A model generated the notes under the pieces. The model was not told where the DNA came from. It searched no databases and was given only the letters and a program-made list of their open reading frames with translations. A program made the position numbers and the translations under genes. A DNA stretch of 63,533 bases, the filler included, from Cercozoa sp. M6MM (lineage: Eukaryota > Protista > Endomyxa: Ascetosporea): assembly GCA_040357565.1 (NCBI GenBank). It is 18 parts of 18 records of this genome, joined end to end, with 100 filler letters (N's around TTAATTAATTAA, not from the genome) between each part and the next. Parts side by side here need not be neighbours in the genome. Positions count along the whole stretch, not along the records: positions 52,792 to 54,104 come from JBDODJ010002064.1; positions 54,205 to 60,284 come from JBDODJ010000793.1; positions 60,385 to 61,889 come from JBDODJ010002011.1; positions 61,990 to 63,533 come from JBDODJ010002002.1; 14 more parts are not named here. One strand, given 5' to 3'. Below, piece after piece: positions 53,662 through 63,533 of this stretch. Numbering within the stretch: the stretch's first letter is position 1; every line of letters begins with the position of its first letter.

Positions 53662-53777
53662 CCTAGAAGACTCAGCTATCTAACTGAGTTTCGCCTGAAG
53701 TCAAATTTTAAAAGTAAAGCATCCTCTTAATCGGCTCCTCAGTTTTTTTTTTGCTTCAGCCTGGCGGTGACTCTAGG
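53662..53777 (-). ncRNA. Candidate type I hammerhead ribozyme
   Basis: CUGAGGA (53742-53736), stem II GCC/GGC, GAAA (53692-53689), stem III CUCAG/CUGAG, GUC site; proximal stem I weak. Confidence 0.5.
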
Positions 53778-53996
53778 ACTCGGACGAGTTCGAGCCCGAG
53801 GACGGTCGTTCGCTGCGACCCGAGTTGCCGGTAGATTGCGAGTAGGACAGCGACGCCTTGCGATGGTTCCTTCGCGAGCGACGTCGCGTGCGTCGGCGCC
53901 GGGGATTCGTGCGACTGTGCCGCTGATTTCGGATTCGTCCACCGCCGTGGATTTCGTCCTCTTGGTCCGTGCTCGAGGTCTCGCTGCTTTCGCCTG
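53773..53996 (-). CDS. Last exon of a Ser/Arg-rich protein
   Basis: ESSETSSTDQEDE..RRRRTRRRSRRNHRK..SNSSES* after a (GT)n intron ending GCAG. Confidence 0.5.
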
Positions 53997-54046
53997 CACA
54001 CGCGCATGCATGATGTACATGTGCAGTCGAACTTTGAGTGTGCATG

Positions 54047-54104
<58 letters not shown>

Positions 54105-54378
54105 NNNNNNNNNNNNNNNNNNNNNNNNNNNNNNNNNNNNNNNNNNNNTTAATTAATTAANNNNNNNNNNNNNNNNNNNNNNNNNNNNNNNNNNNNNNNN
54201 NNNNGGGGGGTAGGGGCTGCAGGTTTGGTCGGGTAATGTGCATCACTCGCTTTTATTTTGGTACGAAGATGCTTATCGGAGCGTTTCGCAGGTTGCTGCA
54301 ACTGGGAACTCGCAACATACGTTCGGTGCTCTTCTAAACCAATCGGGTCAGCAGCAACTACAGTACTGTACGTCACAC

Positions 54379-55214
54379 ATGTCTGAACCAGACGTAATCT
54401 ACACACAACTCGGGCCACAAGCGATTCAAGGTGCTTCTCCACCTTCAACCAGCCCTGAGAATCATTGAATGAAACTACCAACGACCGTGATGAACAGAGC
54501 TTCGTGATATTTTTTCGCTTGTCGACACTGGTACTGAGTTGAACTACTTCGGGCGTTTGGCTTCAACTGTCAATGCTTTGAGTGAACAGATGGAGGAGGA
54601 CAGATAGACCAAGTAAACTTACAAATTTAAATTCTACGACACCGAGTTTGGATATCGAACGCCATTTACTTCGTGGGTGCCGCAGAGTGAACTTGCCGAG
54701 TTGATGAAGATGCTTGGCATCCGCATCACTCAGGAGGAGCTCGAGAAAATGATCTTCGAGATTGATGGTATGCTTCAGTAGGTTCGCCGATGCTGCTGTC
54801 TCTCAAATTGTACGCTTTGCCTGCCTGCAGAGGACAGCGATGGACAAATCAGCTTCGAAGAGTTTGGTATCACTTTTCCTCCTGCTTCGGGTTCAATGTA
54901 CATTCCGTGTAGTTGCAATCATGTCGCGAAGAGTCAAGCAGACGTACACGGCGAAAGACCTGGACCGCGCGTACGACACGATCGCGAGTTGTGCACCTCA
55001 ACTCATGCCAGAGCGAACCTTGAAACCGGAGGAAGTACCCTCACGGTCTGTCGGCGACAAGGTCTCTCCTGCCGTCGTACGAACCTTCCTTGAAAGGTAC
55101 TGCGCAGACGCGTCGTTGCTCGAGAAGGGACTCGATGCCCTCGAAAGCATGCAGACGCTGCAGGACGGGACCTTTGACAAGAAGGGCTTCATTTCGCAAG
55201 TAATGGGGGAATAA
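54379..55214 (+). CDS. EF-hand protein, outer-arm dynein light chain LC4-like
   Basis: ELRDIFSLVDTDGGGQIDQSELAELMKMLG..EIDEDSDGQISFEEFVAIMSRRVKQTYT; MSRRV..Y resembles Chlamydomonas LC4 more than calmodulin. Confidence 0.7.
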
Positions 55215-55441
55215 CGAGACTGAAAAACTGCATCGTTGCCAACATTGACAGTGGCATCACGGTGCCGGAAGGTTTCTCTCAGCAAGTGTTCTAACGTAGG
55301 CTGTCAACTTTGCGGATGTTCCCAAGGACTGACTTGGGGTACCCCAACTGTATATTTAGACGATGCCTCCCTAGTACCGTACGCTCAAAGACGAGTATAC
55401 AACTAACGCGAACTAAACCAAACGTGATTAAGCGAGGCCGG

Positions 55442-56055
55442 TCACTCGGGCTGGTCCGACTCGGGTCTGTGGAGGTCTCCCCTCTCCGAGTCGCCGTCAG
55501 CAACGTCAGTCTCGGAGTGCTCAGGCGTGCCGTTGTTGCTGTTCCGCTTTTGATCGTTCTTCTTCTTCTTGCGGCCGTGGTGGCGCGGGAGCGAGGAGAC
55601 CGCGGGCGCGTTGGCGGCCTCGGCGAGTTCTCGCATGCGCTGCGCCTCCGCCTCGGGCGAGTGCCAGGGCACACCTGGCTCGTAGCCGCCGTCGTCCTTG
55701 ACGCCCGCGTAGCGCAGCGACGCCAGGTGACCGGCGTTCAGCATCGCCGTCTGGTGCGAGTCTTGCGCCTTCAACTCCGCCTGGTCTGCACAGGCAGGGT
55801 ACAGCAGAGTTGTCAGGCAAGACAATACACTCACAACAGGCAGGCAAGACACGCACCGGGCTGACTCTTCTTGTCGCCGAACAGGTACTTGGCAATCAGC
55901 AGACCACAGACAACCGGCGCCACCCAGTCGTTGAACAGTTTCTGCCACTCGGACGTTGGCTTCTTGGACGTCTCCCTGCTGGTCTGCGTCTGCGTCTGCG
56001 TCGACATCTGGCGCGTCCGCGCACCCAGCGCCCTCGCGAACTTTCGACCGTACAT
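55442..56055 (-). CDS. Small single-TM protein, possibly mitochondrial (2 exons)
   Basis: Arg-rich, acid-free N-terminus MYGRKFARALGARTRQMST and TM WVAPVVCGLLIAKYLF. Confidence 0.5.
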
Positions 56056-56235
56056 ACGCACCGTCTGTCTCGCACTGACACAAAATAGAGTAGTTGCACG
56101 CGCTCAGCACTGCTGGATCGCCTCGGAATGAAACAAGTTCATTTTTTGATGGCTACACCTTGAGTGCACTACGTCTCCAAACGTGCGCTTTGAGAGTCAC
56201 GAGACGCTTCTTTGAAGTGGAATTGTTTAGTAAAT

Positions 56236-57245
56236 ATGCCTGGTGCTTCTAAGCGGAGACATAAACCAAGTGATGGGCGAGTACGAGCAGAGCGGGTGGA
56301 TAAAAAGGTACCACATCAGCCAGGTGTTGTTGTTGTGCCACGCAGCGTTTGTGTGTGTGTGCAGATCCCAAGCGGTACCGTGTTGCCCAACGGTCGGATC
56401 GTGTATCATGGCGAAGCATTCGAGCGAGAAACGGATGCCTACCGCATCGGACAGAGGCAAAAAATGATCGATCTCGGCAAGAACACGGTACAGACACTCC
56501 CTCCCTCCGTAGCACTGTTCGTTTTGCGTAACTCTGGTGTGCGCAGGTAGGTTACGAGAACTATAAACGAGTGGTGCCACTCCGCAGACGTCAGGTGCGG
56601 CGGCAGTTCGGGTAGGCGAGTCCACGTGTGTCGACACGTGAGAGGCATGTCATTCCTATCGGTGTAGCGACCACCCAGTCACTCCGATCCCCGAGTGCAG
56701 CATGAGCAAGCGACGCTGGAGTGGCTTCGTACCTTTTTGCACACTATGTCTGTCTGTGCATGTGTGTGTGTTTATGTGTATGTTTGTGTGTTTATGTGTA
56801 TGTTTGTGTATGTGTGTTTGTGTATGTGTGTTTAGTTTATGTGTTTATGTGTGTCTGTGTGTCCTCTCAGGTGAGTGCATGGCGACGGGCACTCCACCAG
56901 TACGACGACGCCTCGGCACCACTGCGCAGGCCAAAGCAGCAGCCAAAGAAGCAACAAAGTGGCAGCACTAGTGCCTCTGTCGACAGTCGCAGCAACGATG
57001 TCTCCCGCGACACTGCCACTGTGGAGCCTCGCAGCACCGAACGCGACTCGTGGACTGCCGTCGCCGATGTCGTCTTCGACAGTCGCGACCGATTTATGAG
57101 TACCTTCAACTCTACCTATGTGTGCTTGTTGTGACACCCTAACCCTCCTGCAGGGATACAAGACCTGGCATCGGTGCACCCGTCGATGCAGGCGGCACTC
57201 AATGATCCTGACTTGAGTGAACTTCTGCGCCAAGCATCTGATTAA
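56236..57245 (+). CDS. SLBP: Histone stem-loop binding protein (introns 56308-56364, 56488-56546, 56612-56667, 56729-56870, plus one 3' intron)
   Basis: Spliced RBD: ETDAYRIGQRQKMIDLGKNTVGYENYKRVVP..DHPVTPIPECSMSKRRWSGFVSAWRRALHQYD. Confidence 0.9.
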
Positions 57246-57590
57246 TGCAAGCCGCTTGGCCTCTGATTTTAATAATTTGCGCTCAGTACTCAAACTACAG
57301 TGGTACAATAACTTTACAAGAACGCAACTGGCTGCGTACACACCGACTCGGCCGGGCGGGAATATTCCTTGGTATGCACTCGTTAAAAGAACAGTAAATT
57401 CGGTACTTCACATGCTTAATAAATGCAAATTAGTAATTACACGCGCTGGCACATATTATAACTCCCATAAACCCACCAGACACGCAAGTAAAAAAGTGGC
57501 TCCCCCCGGAGCGACGGCGCCGCGGAAGATAAAACAAACTCCCCAAATCGCCAAATCACTTTTGTTTACAGCATCGAGACAGCTAGCAAA

Positions 57591-59270
57591 ATGGTACATA
57601 GGGTCCTATAAGCACTTTGCGTGGCCTAGTTCCACTTGTTGGCAATTTTGGCGTTTGGCCTGATTTGTTGTGTGGCCCGGGCGTGGCTGGCCCTCAGCTA
57701 CCTCACACTGTTCACCAACAGTGTGTGCTGAGTGTGGCATTCCGCTTGGTCTCACAACGACTTGTGTGTCGGTTTCTGTCCCGTGGCCAAAACAAAAAAC
57801 TTTTTTTATTTCGTTCCTTTTGACGACTCGACTGATGTTTGCTGTGCTGTTTGGCAGGGCAAGGAGAAGATCCACTGCAACCTCGTCGTTATCGGCCACG
57901 TCGACGCCGGCAAGTCGACCTCGACGGGTCACCTCATCTACAAGTGCGGTGGCATCGACAAGCGTGTGATCGAGAAGTTCGAGAAGGAGGCCGCTGAGCT
58001 CGGCAAGGGTTCGTTCAAGTACGCCTGGGTGCTCGACAAGCTGAAGTCGGAGCGCGAGCGTGGTATCACGATCGACATCGCCCTGTGGAAGTTCGAGACC
58101 GAGAAGTTCTACTTCACGATCATCGACGCCCCGGGCCACCGTGACTTCATCAAGAACATGATCACGGGCACGTCGCAGGCTGATGTCGCCATCCTCATGA
58201 TCGCCTCGCCGGTCGGTGAGTTCGAGGCTGGCTACGCCAAGAACGGCCAGACGCGTGAGCACGCTCTGCTCGCCTTCACGCTCGGTGTGAAGCAGATGAT
58301 TGTCTGCATCAACAAGATGGACGACAAGACCTCGAACTACTCGGAGTCGCGCTACAACGAGATCAAGGCCGAGCTGTCGAAGTTCCTGCAGAAGGTCGGC
58401 TACAAGGTCAAGAAGGTCCCGTTCATCCCGATCTCGGGTTTCAACGGCGACAACATGCTTGAGCGCTCGACGAACATGCCGTGGTACAAGGTATCGCGCA
58501 CTGTCTTTATTCTCAAGTGCATATGTACTAATGCCTGTATTAAAACATCATATATGTTGGTGTGTCATCTATGTTGGTGTGTCTGGTAGGGCCCGACTCT
58601 GCTTGAGGCTCTGAACGCCATCACGCCGCCGACGCGCCCGACGGACAAGCCGCTCCGCCTGCCGCTCCAGGACGTGTACAAGATCTCGGGTATCGGCACT
58701 GTCCCGGTCGGCCGTGTCGAGACGGGCATCATCAAGCCGAACATGTCGGTGCTGTTCGCGCCGGCCGGTGTTGTGACGGACGTCAAGTCGGTCGAGATGC
58801 ACCACGAGCAGGTCGACCAGGCCCTGCCGGGTGACAACGTTGGCTTCAACGTCAAGAACGTGTCGGTCAAGGACGTCAAGCGTGGCTTCGTCTGCTCTGA
58901 CGCCAAGAACGACCCGGCCAAGCAGGCCGAGAGCTTCACGGCGCAGGTCATCATCCTGAACCACCCGGGTCAGATCCAGGCTGGCTACACGCCGGTGCTT
59001 GACTGCCACACGGCTCACATCGCCTGCCGCTTCGACAAGCTGCTCGAGAAGCTCAACAAGCGTACGGGCCAGAAGGTCGAGGACAACCCGCAGTTCGTCA
59101 AGACGGGCGACGCCGCCATCGCCCAGATCGTGCCGTCGAAGCCGATGTGCGTCGAGTCGTTCATGGAGTACTCGCCGCTCGGCCGCTTCGCTGTGCGTGA
59201 CATGCGCCAGACGGTTGCTGTCGGTGTCATCAAGACGGTCCAGAAGAAGGAGTACGGCAAGCGCAAGTAA
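57591..59270 (+). CDS. EF1A: Elongation factor 1-alpha (exon 1 = ATG only; introns 57594-57857, 58491-58589)
   Basis: [55 protein letters not shown]; WYKGPTLL shows no opisthokont insertion. Confidence 0.99.
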
Positions 59271-59599
59271 GTCTCTCGCTGGCGACCAGCTAACTATTAC
59301 GTCTCGATGCCGCAGCTTTGTTGTTAATTGCCCAACTGCAACGCTGTGACAAAAATCTAAAATCCTTTGGGGATCATAGTACTGTTAACAGCTAACAACC
59401 TACTTCGTTGAGTGGCGAGCATTTCTAAACTGCGACTAGAATTGAACAAGGCCCTCTTTGTTTGTCATCGAACAAGCCTCTGTCACCACGGTTTATTGAG
59501 AGGGCTGCGGTAACATTTTTGGTACGAGATCCGAGGAGGGGATCTGGCCAGTTACAGCAACCTTGAGACACCCTGGCATCTCTTGCACGATTCAGCAAG

Positions 59600-60235
59600 G
59601 TTCGTTTGGACAAGAACGTCTTTGATTCTTCCAATCCGGTCACATTCTTTGAGTTCGCTCTCAACGAAAAAGGACTTTGACCGCTATCGTTTCACAAAAA
59701 CTGGATTCATTCAAGTTTCATCCGACTTCCGACATGGAAGATCAGATTTCTGCCCTCGCAGAAATTCAAGAAGATGGCAGATTTCACCGCAGATGCTCGA
59801 GTGGACGAAGCGCGAAGCGAAATTTCGCAGTTTGCGACAAAAGTTCAAGAGCGTTTCACTCAAGTCGAACGAGCTTTAACTCCACCGCCGCTCCAACGCA
59901 ATGCTGAAACGATGGAAGCAGTTCGTCATCTCCAAGTGAAGCTCGAACGTCTAGAAGAGCGATTGAAACGTCCTCTTCTTGATTCTAGTCGGCCATGTCT
60001 GCGAGAAAGTACTCGAAGCAATTTGTATGTCGCTCCGACTGCGTTGGATCTCGGACAAGGACTTCTTTGTCTTGCAACCCAGTCACCTTCTTTGAGTTTG
60101 CCCTGAATGAAAAGGTACTTGTCTTAATCTATGGCTTCTCTCTCGCTTCTCAAAAGTTGGATTCGTTCAAATTCAATCCGACTTCTGACTTGGAAGAACA
60201 GATATCGGCTCTCAAGGAACTGAAACGCCAGCACC
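59600..60235 (+). pseudogene. Two tandem, frameshifted copies of an unknown coding module
   Basis: NPVTFFEFALNEK..SQKLDSFKF(H/N)PTSD(M/L)E(D/E)QISAL twice, with mostly synonymous differences. Confidence 0.6.
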
Positions 60236-60384
60236 TTTTGCTTTTATTTTGTATGTCTGTCTGTATGCATGTGTGTGTGTGTGTNNNNNNNNNNNNNNNN
60301 NNNNNNNNNNNNNNNNNNNNNNNNNNNNTTAATTAATTAANNNNNNNNNNNNNNNNNNNNNNNNNNNNNNNNNNNNNNNNNNNN

Positions 60385-60607
60385 TCCTAGGCCGCCCTCA
60401 CAACACAACAGCCCAGAAGGTACTCGGCAAACACGGCAGGCAGGTGCTCACTCAGACGCAGAATTTCCTGAGCAAACACACTCACTCAACGTTCACACGT
60501 GTACCTGCCTGAGGCAGTACCGTGATGATCGAGCTGCCACGAGCGACGAGTCGGAGCAGCGTCTGGCCGCACACGTTGTCGCTCGCCAAGAAGTCCAGCG
60601 AGTTCAT
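60385..60607 (-). CDS. WASHC5: Strumpellin (WASH complex subunit 5), 5' end
   Basis: [42 protein letters not shown]. Confidence 0.88.
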
Positions 60608-60969
60608 GATCCCTGAGCCTCAGACTACGCGTACGCGCGCTCTAAACCACCCAAAGGCAATGAAAATACTGCACACACACGGGCACGTGTCTCTACGCAG
60701 CGTGACACCTCCAATCGCACTCTGCCTCAAGCTGCACAATGATTTTCACCACGTTTAAACGCTTTTCACTCTCTATATCAGACTTTAAAACGTGTTTGAG
60801 TGCCTATAACGACACATGTACACCTTCAAAAGAGAGATGTCGCTGGTCTGGATCTTTCCGGAGTGCCGACGCGCAAGAAGTACACGAATTATAAAGGAAA
60901 ACCTTGTTAGCGTCTACGCAGAAGGTAGCGGGAATTAGCGGTGCCCCAGTGTTAGTTTACTGCGTCAGC

Positions 60970-61840
60970 ATGGCCGCACACACGCTCACGGGTCGCGTTC
61001 TGTTGGGCGGCACTCGCATCACACCCGAGGTATTTGAGAGCTTATTGGACACGTGTATCCTTCGTTTATTCGCATATGTGTCCTTATTTGTGTTCAACTT
61101 GACTTTAGGTTGTCTTGGGCGTTTGTGCGCCGGCCGATGTGTCCGCTCAGCGCGGTATTAGCCCCCTGTACATCTTGTGTTGTATCCTCAGGCATTTAAT
61201 ACAAACATACACAGGCGCCATGCGTGTCGAATTCGACGCTGCTGCGCGTGCGGCGCGCACGAAGGTTCCGCTCTTTTTTAAGTGTTTAATTTCCTGTTTG
61301 CTGGCTGGTTGCAGTCGAGGTAATTGTGTGTTGTAGCTGCTGGGTCGCGACGCCAAGTGCGACGACATCTTTGAGCAGCCGGCAGTGTCGGTATGAGACA
61401 TGTTGTGTCACCCACCCGTGCGACTCGTGTGTGTCTGAAATCTGGTCTATGTGTGCAGGCAGAGGGTCAGAAACTCGACCTGGCTGAGAAGCGTGCCGCC
61501 GCTTTTGGTATATATAGATACTAGGTATGTACATATATGTATGTATATGTATATAATATGTGTGTGTATTATCTGTTATATGGATTTATGTATGCGCATG
61601 TAAGTGTTGGTATTTGGCAGGCTTGTTGCTGTTCGCCCTGCAGCCGCGTCAGTGGTCGCCGGTACTTGTGTCCCAGTATACATGCGATAGATTGATCGAT
61701 ATGTAAGTCTGCATATTGGCACAGATTCGCGACGCTACGGTCGACGCGCTGGCCGAGTTGCTGAACGCGCAGCAGGCGCTGTGCCAACTCGAGGCGTCGC
61801 TGGCGCAGTGCACGCTGCACGTGCTGTCCCTGCTGGTATT
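60970..61840 (+). CDS. Aromatic amino-acid lyase (HAL)-like N-terminal domain protein, partial
   Basis: LLGGTRITPEVV..RVEFDAAAR..EKRAAAF..IRDATVDALAELLN; weak resemblance only. Confidence 0.35.
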
Positions 61841-62879
61841 TACCCCCTGCTCCTCCCACCTTCCCCCGCCCTCTTATCCCCCCCCCCCCNNNNNNNNNNN
61901 NNNNNNNNNNNNNNNNNNNNNNNNNNNNNNNNNTTAATTAATTAANNNNNNNNNNNNNNNNNNNNNNNNNNNNNNNNNNNNNNNNNNNNTCCGCGTGGAG
62001 GTCATAATCTATGTCTCAAACAAGTTTGAGACTGGGAAGAAGTTTAAGAGTGTTTTGGCTTGGTACCTTGCTCTGAGACCTAACTACTGACTCAGTGGAT
62101 TGCTGTTGCTGTAGATCTTGCCTGGACAGAGTTCGCTTCAGCCTGGTCAGTTAGCTCATTGGCTGGTTTCCATTCCACTCACTTCGTCGTGTGTTCACAG
62201 GCGGAGTTTTTTCTTTCTTCAACGCACTGTTACGACCAAGGACGTCTTCCTTCGGTCGAGATCCAGTGGGATCACTTCGAGACCCAGTAGGGTCTCTCCT
62301 TTCCCTTACTGATTGGGCCATTGAGCCGCAGTAGCAATACAATATACAGCAGATACAGACGAAGCTGCAGCGCGAGAAGCTGCAGCTCGAATTTGAGCTT
62401 CGTCGCTTTCGTGAGTTGCCACTCTACCGTCGTATGCTCATGGTCAGTTTTTCGCGCACCCGTGACTCTGCTTTGAAAAGAGTCACAGACCACCCTGGGC
62501 AGAGACATCTTTACCGCTGTCGAAGATATTCTGCATGTGAAAAAAAAATTCGAACTGTCGCCTTCCATCCTCAATGCAAGGAGTGACTGAACGATGCTGG
62601 CTGGCTGTTGTTGAGGTGCGTGTGTGTGTGTCGAGCAGAAAAATACAGGAGTTTGGTCCGATCGTTCGGATATAGTCCATCCCCCTCCAGTCAGGATGTA
62701 TGAGTGTTGATTTACCTGTTTTTAGTTCAGTGGAGTTTAACAGGAAACGAATTAGTATGTAGCCCCCTTGCACCAGTCTAGGGTGGGTCCGGTAACATGT
62801 CGTGTCTGGCGCAATAAACCCCCATTGTGTGCGGTAACAAAAGCATGCTGACCGGGCTCCGGCCTATACAGTACTTAGG

Positions 62880-63391
62880 CTACAGCCAGCTCTGCCAGCC
62901 GTAGAAGAGCGAGGCCAGGTTGCGCTCGTCCGTGGCCTGTCGCACGACGTGTCTCACCTGTGCGCAGCAGCAGTAGACAGACAGGGGGAGCGTAGATACG
63001 GTGGAACGTAGGACAGGTCTACCTGCTCCTCGACCGACAGCGGCGTGGCGAAGGCCTCCTCGTGTCCCATGAGTGTGCGACGCACCTCGAAAATCGCCTG
63101 CTGCGCGCTGTGATCGGCGTCCAGATCGGCGCCCGACATGGAGCTGCTGAGCGACGACACTGTGCACACGGGGGTAGGGTAGAGCAGGGTAGGGTAGAAT
63201 ATGTTAGGGTAAGGTAGGGTAGGGTAGGATAGGGTAGTATAGGTACCAGTCGAAGAGGACGTGGTGCGACGACGCTTGGCAGCGGGCTCAGAGAGACGCG
63301 AGGCCGAAGAGGCGCGGTGCAGGTAGGCGTCGACCTTGTCGGGCGTGATGCTCCAGTTGGCCAGTGGGTCGTGCACGAACCTGCCCTCGCA
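62880..63391 (-). CDS. ATM: PIKK kinase C-terminus with FATC domain, ATM/Tel1-like
   Basis: FVHDPLANWSITP..AQQAIFEVRRTLMGHEE..LSVEEQVRHVVRQATDERNLASLFYGWQSWL*. Confidence 0.8.
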
Positions 63392-63533
63392 CATCATGCA
63401 GATATAGATATACACCCATACAGGTACACACAGGGACACCTAGGATACATACATACATACATACATACAAACATACATACAGACATACATACATACATAC
63501 ATACATACATACATACATACATACATACATACA

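Noticed and set aside
62581-62700. Group I intron core (GACTG...GATATAGTCC, resembling R and S elements)
   Set aside because: No P/Q elements or P3 pairing found and no host exon; a simple GAACGAT/ATCGTTC hairpin explains it.

Overview
Not a continuous locus: 18 short contigs/scaffolds of an intron-rich microbial eukaryote, joined by an artificial 100-nt linker (N44-TTAATTAATTAA-N44), so adjacency across linkers means nothing. EF-1alpha lacks the opisthokont insertion, and an outer-arm dynein LC4-like gene suggests a flagellated protist (SAR/Rhizaria is only a guess). Spliced genes recognised by eye: SMPD4-like, cyclophilin, MABP protein, SPFH protein, importin-beta-like, DRG2, UGDH, a defective PGAM exon, P4-ATPase, LolD/MacB-type ABC ATPase, FtsX-type permease, divergent NMT, a divergent H2A/H2B pair, NOA1/YqeH GTPase, RACK1, DPH2, PAF-acetylhydrolase, KIF-binding protein, RING-H2, SLBP, EF-1alpha, strumpellin and ATM. 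Best leads: (1) H2A and H2B share an identical non-canonical 3' stem-loop (GGTGTA-TAAA-TACACC), and the assembly's SLBP has Leu where the loop-contacting Tyr normally sits, suggesting a co-evolved variant histone 3'-end system; (2) a full hammerhead ribozyme core in a 3' UTR (minus strand, 53662-53777); (3) strand-polarised, telomere-like C-rich repeats filling the introns of a subset of genes; (4) both halves of a bacterial-type (type VII) ABC transporter as intron-containing genes. All family calls and exon boundaries come from manual motif recognition; no searches were run.
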